The notes beneath the pieces are model-generated. The model was not told the DNA's origin, made no database searches, and worked only from the letters and a program-made list of their open reading frames with translations. This document shows, one piece after another, positions 18,039 through 26,072 of a DNA stretch of 64,000 nucleotides; position 1 is the stretch's first letter; each line of letters opens with the position of its first letter. Made by a program: the position numbers and the translations under genes. Origin of the DNA: a virus (lineage: Duplodnaviria > Caudoviricetes); the IMG/VR virus record IMGVR_UViG_3300021255_003058, positions 1-64,000 of that record, one strand, 5' to 3'.

Positions 18039-18359
18039 TTATAATTTCATTTGTTTCTGATATTTTCTATCTCTCTTATCAATTTCTGATAATGGAGAAA
18101 CACCAGCATCAAGCAATTCAATTTTCTCAAATCCATTTGCTTCAGTTATAAGAGAATCTTTTTCAGATATGCATCCTTCATATCGTTCTCCATAAGATCC
18201 AGTCATCTTTTTTGTTGCAGGATCTAAATCTCCCCAATCTGCAGAATGTGTATTACCAATAGGTTCTACAAAATATTTCTTTCCTGTTATTTTAGACTTT
18301 ACAATAAAACGACCAGTTTTATCGCTTTCTTGTAAAAATCTCTTTTCATCAATTTTCAT
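18039..18359 (-). CDS. hypothetical protein
   Basis: Start moved to MKIDEK to avoid tRNA overlap. Confidence 0.75.
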   Translation of the reverse strand: MKIDEKRFLQESDKTGRFIVKSKITGKKYFVEPIGNTHSADWGDLDPATKKMTGSYGERYEGCISEKDSLITEANGFEKIELLDAGVSPLSEIDKRDRKYQKQMKL

Positions 18360-18379
18360 TTTCTCTCTATATATTATTG

Positions 18380-18470
18380 CGGAGAGGGTGGGGCTCGAAC
18401 CCACGCACCGGGTATTAGCCGACCTAAGACGTTAGCAGTGTCTCCCCTTCACCAACTTGGGTACCTCTCC
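18380..18470 (-). tRNA. tRNA-Ser(GCT)
   Basis: Cloverleaf with long variable arm. Confidence 0.9.
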
Positions 18471-18536
18471 AAATTGGTTGATCAATTGGCTCAACCATAG
18501 GCCTTAATAGATGAAATGGTTACAACTTACTTACTT

Positions 18537-18621
18537 AATTCCGCGCGAGATTCGAACTCATATTTCTTCAATGAACGTTCGCAAAGTGTTTTCTCCTTTA
18601 TTAAATTTAAACTACAAGAAT
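18537..18621 (-). pseudogene. Degenerate tRNA-like gene
   Basis: T arm and D stem present; enlarged D and anticodon loops. Confidence 0.4.
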
Positions 18622-18640
18622 CTTTCAGTCATTTCATTTG

Positions 18641-18714
18641 GGTGACTTGTGGGTAACGATCCCACTACCTGTTGAGCCACAATCAACCGCTCTACCATTT
18701 GAGCTAAAGCCACC
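18641..18714 (-). tRNA. tRNA-His(GTG)
   Basis: G-1/C73, loop TTGTGGC, atypical T loop. Confidence 0.8.
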
Positions 18715-18848
18715 ATATAAATTAGTTTTTCTCATTAAGAGCTTTTGCATTATAAAACTATAAACTTTCCCGAATCTGTACGTTTCGGTAACTGATGTTC
18801 TTATGGTAATCAATTAACAGTACGTTAAAGCGCGCAACTTTGTTTATG

Positions 18849-18923
18849 GGTATCGTGTCAGATTCGAACTGACATCTCAGTGATTCACAGTCACCGTCTT
18901 TCACCAGTTAAGTTAACGACACC
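18849..18923 (-). tRNA. tRNA-His(GTG)
   Basis: G-1/C73, loop CTGTGAA. Confidence 0.85.
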
Positions 18924-19158
18924 ATATTAATGACAGGTCAACCATTCTCCCTGTCTTGTCCCGATATGTTTTTCACTATAATCAAGGCTTATAGCTGCTC
19001 AAGCAAAGAGGGCGGGATTTCAACATTATATTGTAAATTAAAATTCACAATTTTTATAACCTCATGAAGATGGCCCTACACGGATTAAAAAGGCTGCAGA
19101 GAATCCTCTATTGGAGCAGGGTGGACATGCTGCGTACCTCACAGCTCCCTGCATATTG

Positions 19159-19230
19159 AGCAGTGTACCGGATTTGAACCGGCTCCTTAAGAATGGCGAT
19201 CTCATATGCAACCATTAACACCTACACTGC
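19159..19230 (-). tRNA. tRNA-Gly(GCC)
   Basis: Cloverleaf, U73. Confidence 0.85.
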
Positions 19231-19231
19231 A

Positions 19232-20143
19232 TTATTTTTCATATAATACTTCCCAAAATTTATTTCCATATTTATTAATAACATATTCAAATACTTCAGT
19301 TAAATCTTCTTTAAATAAAACTTTAATATCTGGATTTTGCTCAGATTTTATTTGAGCAACTTTATCATAATATCCTTTTATTTCAATTATTTCATTATCA
19401 TTAATAATAAAATCTGGAAAATATTTACAAACTTTTTTATTTAATTTATAATATCTTATTTCATCGCACCTTTTAATTTTTATATTATGTTCTAAACAAT
19501 ATACCAAATAAGCTAATTCCCATGAACTATCACAATGAATACCTTTATAGTTTCCATGATGATGATTTTTAATAGAATTTGGATGATAACCACCAAAATT
19601 ATTTTTCTTTGCGTTATCGCTTAACTTAGTATGTTTACCAATTTTTAAGCATTCATTTGAACAATATTTTAATTTCTTATTATAATATTTTTTACCACAA
19701 ATAGGACATATATTATAAGGCGTCCAATCTGGATTTACTGTCCATCGATTATTAATATTTAAATTATTAATTCTTTTCTTACCCTTTATCCATGATGATT
19801 TACCCTTTAAAGAATCAGCTATTTTCTTATTCTTTTCTTCTAAATTTGTATGTAATGATGATAACTTATGAGCACATGAAGAACAACACGTTTTTCTATA
19901 ATCACCTGCATTAAATTGTTTTTGTCTTATTTGTAATGTATATTCTTTACCACAAGCTAAACATATTAATTTATACTCTTTTAGAGGATTATTTTTTTCA
20001 AATTTTTCTTTTTTTCGTAAAGAAAAATCTTTTTGATATGAATTAGGATTTTTACTACAATGTATAATATGAGCCCCTAATGATTGACCAGAGTTAAATT
20101 CTTTATTACAAAATTTACAAATATGTTTTTTATTATCTTCCAT
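19232..20143 (-). CDS. Free-standing homing endonuclease-like protein (Zn fingers, PD-(D/E)XK nuclease)
   Basis: CxxC motifs; DSSWELAY..YFPDF..IEIKG. Confidence 0.75.
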   Translation of the reverse strand: MEDNKKHICKFCNKEFNSGQSLGAHIIHCSKNPNSYQKDFSLRKKEKFEKNNPLKEYKLICLACGKEYTLQIRQKQFNAGDYRKTCCSSCAHKLSSLHTNLEEKNKKIADSLKGKSSWIKGKKRINNLNINNRWTVNPDWTPYNICPICGKKYYNKKLKYCSNECLKIGKHTKLSDNAKKNNFGGYHPNSIKNHHHGNYKGIHCDSSWELAYLVYCLEHNIKIKRCDEIRYYKLNKKVCKYFPDFIINDNEIIEIKGYYDKVAQIKSEQNPDIKVLFKEDLTEVFEYVINKYGNKFWEVLYEK

Positions 20144-20224
20144 ATATTAATATAGTTTTATATAATTAATAATAAATATAGCAGAAGAAAAAAGTCAAAC
20201 TATAATTGTTAAAAAATGTTAAAG

Positions 20225-20297
20225 AGCGACTGATGGGAGTCGAACCCACATCACTGGATTGGAAGTCGAGTATAATAAACCGTTATACGACAGTCGC
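20225..20297 (-). tRNA. tRNA-Gly(TCC)
   Basis: Cloverleaf, U73. Confidence 0.85.
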
Positions 20298-20417
20298 AAA
20301 TTCGGTTTTCCTTAGATCCGAAAACTTAGTACCGTGTCTCGCCTCTGTACCCTCGCCTTAGCATACTTCCATTATATTATATAGTACGTAATTCAAATAT
20401 AATGTCTAAGGATTTTG

Positions 20418-20551
20418 TAGGGGAGGTTGGACTCGAACCAACATAATCTTTAACCAAAATAAAGTGTGTAAACCTGAAGTAACTCTAATCTACAGCATTC
20501 ATTAAGAAGCAACAGCGAATAAAGTCAATAAATTAATTTCACCACTCCCCT
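20418..20551 (-). tRNA. tRNA-Gln(TTG) with about 61-nt intron (20476-20536) in D loop
   Basis: Cloverleaf restored after removing insert ending GAGTTACTTC. Confidence 0.8.
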
Positions 20552-20553
20552 AG

Positions 20554-20627
20554 TAGCCCCCACGGGATTCGAACCCGTTATTCCGGCTTGAGAGACCGAC
20601 GACTTAAACCAATCTGTCCCGAGGGCC
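20554..20627 (-). tRNA. tRNA-Glu(CTC)
   Basis: Cloverleaf. Confidence 0.85.
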
Positions 20628-20634
20628 ATCAAAT

Positions 20635-20777
20635 AATTCCTGTAACATGCTTGAAAAGTGTTTTTATGGACTCGAACCATCACCTCGGGCTTTGCAGGCC
20701 CGCGCTCTAACCACTTAAGCTAAAAATCCAAAGTTTCTGGTGGATTAAGAAGTAACTCTTCAATTCAACAAGGAATT
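20635..20777 (-). tRNA. Circularly permuted tRNA-Cys(GCA) flanked by split intron-like element
   Basis: Acceptor 3' strand with CCA (TTAATCC-A-CCA, 20738-20748) lies upstream of the body GGATTTT..T arm (20666-20729). Confidence 0.8.
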
Positions 20778-20881
20778 TGGGTGGAGGTATCTTATCACTA
20801 TCAGATATCCGATTGTTTTTCTTTGCAAGATATAATTATAAGTACTGTTTAACTAGTCCTGCGCAAGTGAACCTCCATGTG

Positions 20882-20953
20882 TACCGATAGGCTGAGTTGA
20901 ACAGCCATCTAAGCCTTATGAGAGCCCCGTAATTACCGTTATACGATATCGGC
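20882..20953 (-). tRNA. tRNA-Met/Ile2(CAT)
   Basis: Cloverleaf, loop CTCATAA. Confidence 0.85.
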
Positions 20954-21247
20954 ATGGTCACCGGCCTAGTTCCATGCCTACCTCGAGTAGCATAGGATGG
21001 GACCGGTGTTGTATGGTCGGGAACCACTGACTTTCACAGGACCTCTACCCACCAACGGGTAGCGCAGTGTGTTCGCTTCTTCAAATTCAATTTCATAAGG
21101 TAGCTAATCTTACTAATTTTTCTCTCTGTCATTACTTATCATTATTATAAATATTATTGATCTCGAGAACTTTTGACCTAATCGCGGTCTTACGCAAATA
21201 TTTATAAATAATGACTTTCATACGAATCATTTTGCTAATTCCCAAAG

Positions 21248-21320
21248 TTGAGCGACCGGGACTTGAACCCGGATTGCGTGATTATCAGTCACGTCTCTTA
21301 ACCGTTTGGAGGATCGCTCA
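21248..21320 (-). tRNA. tRNA-Ile(GAT)
   Basis: Cloverleaf. Confidence 0.85.
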
Positions 21321-21324
21321 ATAT

Positions 21325-21403
21325 ATTCATGTAACATTCGAGAAAAGTAAATTTGGAATAATCTTGGCAAGATTTGAAGTATCTCTTCTCTACAACAATG
21401 AAT
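21325..21403 (-). ncRNA. Bipartite intron-like element, permuted order, short hairpin cargo
   Basis: ATTCAT-TGTTGTA-GAGAAGAGA-TACTTC...ACTTTTCTC-GAATGTTAC-ATGAAT. Confidence 0.75.
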
Positions 21404-21406
21404 TTG

Positions 21407-21480
21407 TTGGGCTACCGAGATTCGAACTCAGACCTTCAGCTTCAAAGGCTGACGTGCTAACCGTTACACAGCATAGCCCA
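21407..21480 (-). tRNA. tRNA-Gln(TTG)
   Basis: Cloverleaf. Confidence 0.85.
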
Positions 21481-21486
21481 ATATAA

Positions 21487-21611
21487 AAAATAATGCTACC
21501 TATTACACCACTCCCCGAATTACACTTTCACCTACAATGTTCATGACCATTAAGGAATCCCTCCATATAGAAGGCGACACAGGGAATTGGGATTCGAACC
21601 CAAACCATTTT
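21487..21611 (-). tRNA. Permuted tRNA-like gene opened at the anticodon loop
   Basis: 3' half (AAAAT..T arm..TTCCCTG) precedes 5' half (CGGGGAG..D arm..ATTTT); 61-nt spacer. Confidence 0.65.
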
Positions 21612-21617
21612 CGTTCG

Positions 21618-21691
21618 TTGGGATATCCGGATTCGAACCGAAACCTGCGGAGTCAGAGTCCGCTGTACTAACCATTATACTGTATATCCCA
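21618..21691 (-). tRNA. tRNA-Gln(CTG)
   Basis: Cloverleaf. Confidence 0.85.
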
Positions 21692-21714
21692 ATATTGTTA
21701 AAATTTTATTATTG

Positions 21715-21787
21715 TTGGGCCACTCGGGAATGATCCGAGATCGCATCCTTATCAGGGATGTATCCTTACCAGTTAGACGACAGCCCA
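21715..21787 (-). tRNA. tRNA-Ile(GAT)
   Basis: Cloverleaf, atypical T loop. Confidence 0.8.
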
Positions 21788-22125
21788 ATATAAAATTGAA
21801 ATTCTTGCAAGTAATACTTAGATAAACCCATCCTGTTTGGACCGTTCTGGGAATTAATAAGTTAACGTCAAATACCAGACTTCCCACGAATAGCATGCTT
21901 TCGAGACATACCTAATTAACTTCCTATTATCTTTGTATAATTTCAATTTAATTTGAAATAAAGTTCTGTTCCATCTCGCTCAATGTATTTAAGCTTAAGC
22001 CTATGGGAGTTCTTTCTTGATGCGCACTCGATTATGACAACTCCAGCAAGTGATATGTGGTAAATTTCCGGATAACCCATATCTCTAATGCCAACTTTAC
22101 CCATCTGTCTGGGATGTGAACTTTG

Positions 22126-22199
22126 TACGGATAAGCAGATTCGAACTGCCATCTCCAGCTTGAAAGGCTGGCCACCTAACCTATTAGTAAGATACCCGC
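22126..22199 (-). tRNA. tRNA-Glu(TTC)
   Basis: Cloverleaf. Confidence 0.85.
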
Positions 22200-22202
22200 A
22201 TG

Positions 22203-22280
22203 AATTCCTGTAATAAGCGAATAAAGTATTTTATTAAGATCCAAATTCTTTGAAGTAACTCTATTCTTCAACAAGGAATT
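22203..22280 (-). ncRNA. Bipartite intron-like element, permuted order, short cargo
   Basis: AATTCCT-TGTTGAA-GAATAGAGT-TACTTC...ACTTTATTC-GCTTATTAC-AGGAATT. Confidence 0.75.
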
Positions 22281-22285
22281 ATTTG

Positions 22286-22357
22286 TAGCCCCGCGGAGAC
22301 TCGAACTCCGATGACCAGGTTGAAAACCTGAGATCCTGACCGTTAGATGACAGGGCC
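22286..22357 (-). tRNA. tRNA-Glu(TTC)
   Basis: Cloverleaf. Confidence 0.9.
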
Positions 22358-22428
22358 ATAATTACAAGTGATAATATTTAAATTTATACTCAAATATATT
22401 TAAACTTATACTCATACATTAATGTAAT

Positions 22429-23370
22429 TTATAAACTTGTATTATTATAATAAATTAAAAACTTATTAATCTTTTCTTCCATTAATTGTTTACCATGTTC
22501 TGAATTAATTTCATTCCATGGTATTCTATAAACTTCTATTCCTTTAGATTTTATGAATTCATCTCTGATTTTATCAGATTCTTTTCGCTCTTTATATAAA
22601 TGTTGTTTACCATCTATCTCTAAATCAATCTTTCTATCATTTATTTCAATATAAAAATCTAAAAAATATCTTTCACCACTTCCTTTGTTACCATATTCTA
22701 ATACATATTCACGTACATATTGAATATTGTTATTATCTAAAACTTGTTTCCAAAATTTTTCTGCATAACTTATAATATTACGAGATTTCCAACCTTGAAA
22801 TGTTCCATTTTGAATTTCTTTTTTTCTTTGTAATGAAGATTGTTTTGATATTGATTTTTGTCTACATTCATCAGAACAATATTTTTGAAATTTATTACTT
22901 TCAAATTCTTTATTACAATATTTACATATACATTTTCGAACACCATAAACATATTCTCCATATTGGTTAGCTAATTTATATTTATGTTGTTTAATACCTT
23001 TTAAAAATGTATTAGATATTTTTCTTTTTGTTTCTTCTGTTCGTTTACCTTTTTTCTTATTTCCTAATGCTGAACCACAAGATTGATTACAACATTTTGC
23101 AAATCTTTTTTTAAATGGTAATTTCTTTCCACAATATTCACAATATTTAGGATTTAAATCATAATCTCGTTTTTGAATTTCTAGCCAATGATTAGATAAA
23201 TTCTTTTTAGAAATTTGTTCTTTAGATTCAATTCCTATTTGTGAAAAATACATAAGAATATCTTTATCTATGTATCCTCCATTTTGATTAGTGCGAATAT
23301 TTAGTTTTTTACAAATTTCTGATTTTGACTTAGAATAATCATAAATATTTTGAATTTCTTCTTTAGTCAT
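22429..23370 (-). CDS. Free-standing homing endonuclease-like protein (Zn fingers, DUF559/Vsr-like nuclease)
   Basis: CxxC motifs; YFLDF..LEIDGKQH..RIPW. Confidence 0.75.
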   Translation of the reverse strand: MTKEEIQNIYDYSKSKSEICKKLNIRTNQNGGYIDKDILMYFSQIGIESKEQISKKNLSNHWLEIQKRDYDLNPKYCEYCGKKLPFKKRFAKCCNQSCGSALGNKKKGKRTEETKRKISNTFLKGIKQHKYKLANQYGEYVYGVRKCICKYCNKEFESNKFQKYCSDECRQKSISKQSSLQRKKEIQNGTFQGWKSRNIISYAEKFWKQVLDNNNIQYVREYVLEYGNKGSGERYFLDFYIEINDRKIDLEIDGKQHLYKERKESDKIRDEFIKSKGIEVYRIPWNEINSEHGKQLMEEKINKFLIYYNNTSL

Positions 23371-23444
23371 TTTAACTATTATATATTTAATTAGTAATAG
23401 TAAAATTTATCAAAAAATTCAAATTCGAACTAACAACTTTATAG

Positions 23445-23517
23445 TCGGGAATGTTGGATTTGAACCACTCCTCATCACCCCAAATGACGTATGCTACCCG
23501 TTTACACTACATTCCCG
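23445..23517 (-). tRNA. tRNA-Pro(TGG)
   Basis: Cloverleaf. Confidence 0.85.
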
Positions 23518-23594
23518 TAGTAAACACTTTTATTATTTATACTCCTCACATGGTTCCCACACATTGTTTATACTCAAGTTTCTTGGAGTTTTTG

Positions 23595-23674
23595 TCTGGG
23601 AGACAGGACTCGAACCTGCATAACTTAATCTCGCTTCCAAAGCGAGTCGGTCACCCATTACCGGCTACACCCAG
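23595..23674 (-). tRNA. tRNA-Pro(TGG)
   Basis: Cloverleaf, enlarged variable region. Confidence 0.8.
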
Positions 23675-23951
23675 ATAAATCTTTCCAAATCCTTGTACTT
23701 AATATTTCCTCTACATTCCACGTAAGCGAGGTAATTCTTGGCGCCTTAAGGACAAGATAACTCTCAAGATACTGAAAATAATTATGAATATGCGCATATT
23801 GTTTAATATAATTACTTTCAGAGTTTACTCAACATCGGTTGAGCTTAAACAAATTTAGACTTAGATACACGTCTGGGGGACTTTGCTCAATTTAATCTAA
23901 GTCTTTATAATACAAATTACAACTTATTTTTTATATAAGTAATTTATATTG

Positions 23952-24028
23952 TGGGTTGGGCCAGAGTTGAACTGTTGAGCTCCTCCAGTTTTTCAGACTG
24001 GCGTGCGGACCGCCTACACCACCAACCC
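23952..24028 (-). tRNA. tRNA-Phe(GAA)
   Basis: Cloverleaf. Confidence 0.85.
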
Positions 24029-24066
24029 AAATTATAACCATTATAAAATGATTAAATTTTATTATA

Positions 24067-24202
24067 ATTATCGGAACAGCTATAAAAGTATTATTATGAA
24101 ACTTTCTCTCGGATTCGAACCGAGGAATCAATTCTGGAAAAATTGCATTAAACCACTTAATTAAAAAAGTAATCGAAGTAACTCTTATATACACCAGATA
24201 AT
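24067..24202 (-). tRNA. tRNA-Gly(TCC) (24100-24170) wholly enclosed by permuted intron-like element
   Basis: ATTATC-TGGTGTA-TATAAGAGT-TACTTC, tRNA, ACTTTTATA-GCTGTTCC-GATAAT. Confidence 0.75.
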
Positions 24203-25063
24203 TTATATCTTATTATTTTTCTTTATGTAAGGTTTATATATATTAAAAAAATCAATATAATATTTTTTTAATGCTCTAAATATACATTTATCAAATAATT
24301 CATTTTTTTCTTTTAAATAATTTATTAATTTTTTTGACCAACCAAATTTTGAAAAATCTATATTTGATTCTTTACATGCAGATTCTAAAATTTGTTTCTT
24401 TTTATTATTATCTTTTTCTTTTTTAATTTTTCTATTAATTTTATCAGTATACTGTTGATCTTTATATTTAGAAAAATCTTCATATAGTATTCTCCAAAAT
24501 TCTTTGCCATATTTATTTATAACATATTCTAAATAAGGTTTTATTAAAATTTCATCAATAACTTTAATATTTGGAAATTGTTTTTCCTTTTCTAAAGATT
24601 TTTTACTTTTTCGCCCTTTAATTTCAATTAAACCTTCATCTGTTATAAAATCAGGAATATAAATATGTTCTTCATTATTCCATATATATTTGAATTTTTT
24701 ATTACATCTTTCAATATATAAATTATGTTCAATATAATAAACTAAAAATGCTAATTCCCAAGTACTATCACAATGAATATTATTATACCAACCTTGTTTA
24801 CTATTACCATGTTTTTTATTAAACTTCCAATTAGTATTACCTTTCATTGATTTTGAAATTTTAATTCTTCTTTCAATTTCCTTTTGTGGATCTTTACATT
24901 TTCCACATGATATACCTTGTCTAGATTTTTTTATATGTTTTTTATATTCATCATTAATTCCATATACCCACCCTTCATTTAGGTATTTGTTAATATCATT
25001 AGGATTAACATAAATACATATATTATTTTTATTCATCCATTTATATCCTTTGCTAGTACTCAT
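24203..25063 (-). CDS. Free-standing homing endonuclease-like protein (PD-(D/E)XK)
   Basis: DSTWELAF..YIPDF..IEIKG; paralogous to 19232-20143. Confidence 0.75.
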   Translation of the reverse strand: MSTSKGYKWMNKNNICIYVNPNDINKYLNEGWVYGINDEYKKHIKKSRQGISCGKCKDPQKEIERRIKISKSMKGNTNWKFNKKHGNSKQGWYNNIHCDSTWELAFLVYYIEHNLYIERCNKKFKYIWNNEEHIYIPDFITDEGLIEIKGRKSKKSLEKEKQFPNIKVIDEILIKPYLEYVINKYGKEFWRILYEDFSKYKDQQYTDKINRKIKKEKDNNKKKQILESACKESNIDFSKFGWSKKLINYLKEKNELFDKCIFRALKKYYIDFFNIYKPYIKKNNKI

Positions 25064-25140
25064 ATATTAATATAGAAATATTTATAATTAAAAATAAACA
25101 TTTTTTATTAAATCAGATTACTACCTTAATAATATTTATG

Positions 25141-25225
25141 ACTCCGGTGTTGGATTCGAACCAACGCGAGGTTACCCTAATGGATTTGCAGTCCATCCCA
25201 ATCGACCAGACTCTAGCAACCGGAG
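25141..25225 (-). tRNA. tRNA-Cys(GCA) with long variable arm
   Basis: Cloverleaf, U73. Confidence 0.85.
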
Positions 25226-25231
25226 ATTAAA

Positions 25232-25395
25232 ATTTACGGAATAATCGAATAAAGAATAATTATAAAAGGACCAGCGCGTTTACCAGTTTCACCACCGCGG
25301 TACATAATGTACATGGGCCGGACTAGAACCGACAAGGAACTTACTTCCACCGGTTTTACAAGCTTATGAAGTAACTCTATTCTTCACCAGTAAAT
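25232..25395 (-). tRNA. Circularly permuted class-II tRNA-like gene (GTA?) split in the anticodon loop, flanked by split element
   Basis: Element 3' half, ..TTGTAAA-ACCGG-V arm-T arm-acceptor, linker, acceptor-D arm-CTGGT, element 5' half; acceptor stem imperfect. Confidence 0.65.
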
Positions 25396-25425
25396 CTTTT
25401 CTTTTATTTATAAAATATAAATTTG

Positions 25426-25512
25426 CGGAGAGACAGGGACTCGAACCCTGAAGCCGTTACTAGCGACCTGCCAATTTTCAAGATTGGTTCCTCATCCAGC
25501 CGGATCCTCTCC
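25426..25512 (-). tRNA. tRNA-Ser(TGA)
   Basis: Cloverleaf with long variable arm. Confidence 0.9.
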
Positions 25513-25605
25513 ATAACTTCCTTCCTCAACAGTTTATCTATACATCTATGAAGGACATCTGATTCTAATTATCTTCTCGACAACCAGTGACTGTATATTA
25601 TTTTG

Positions 25606-25850
25606 AAAGTTTCCTACATCTGTCTTAGAGCTATTAACCAACCGCCTTAAAAAGGATACGGTGCAGATTCTCACTGCTTTTCTCTTTCACAGTCCCCATC
25701 ACGTTGCTTTACGTACCTATGATCTCAATCACATGTTTGCCACTACAAGATCTTCCAACTGTCAATTCAGTATGCCCGTAGGATAAGATGGAATTACTTA
25801 AGGTAAACCTTAAACCCATATTTATATACTTATCCAGCCTCGGAAACTTT
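25606..25850 (-). ncRNA. Putative structured ncRNA
   Basis: GC-richer block closed by AAAGTTTCC/GGAAACTTT. Confidence 0.4.
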
Positions 25851-25889
25851 ATATTTATTTATTGTACCAACATGTCAAAGAACGTTTAT

Positions 25890-25989
25890 TAAATATTCTG
25901 GGATTCGAACCCAGGCGATGAGGTTTTCCCTTTCATCAGGGTTTTGAAATTATCTCGACTCCCGCAATTGGCCACTCTGCCAAATATTT
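25890..25989 (-). tRNA. Class-II tRNA-like gene with 15-nt anticodon loop ending TTTCAAA
   Basis: Acceptor AAATATT/AATATTT; D, V and T arms intact. Confidence 0.6.
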
Positions 25990-25997
25990 AATAATTG

Positions 25998-26069
25998 TAG
26001 CCGGTTCGGGATTCGAACCCGAATGGCAAGAATGAAAATCTTGAATCCTAACCTTTAGATGAACCGGCC
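25998..26069 (-). tRNA. tRNA-Glu(TTC)
   Basis: Cloverleaf. Confidence 0.9.
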
Positions 26070-26072
26070 ATT

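Noticed and set aside
6469-24194. Many short ORF-track calls overlapping tRNAs (for example 6469, 7882, 9301, 11945, 12480, 21211, 23451, 23931)
   Set aside because: They are translations of tRNA sequence on either strand, not real genes.
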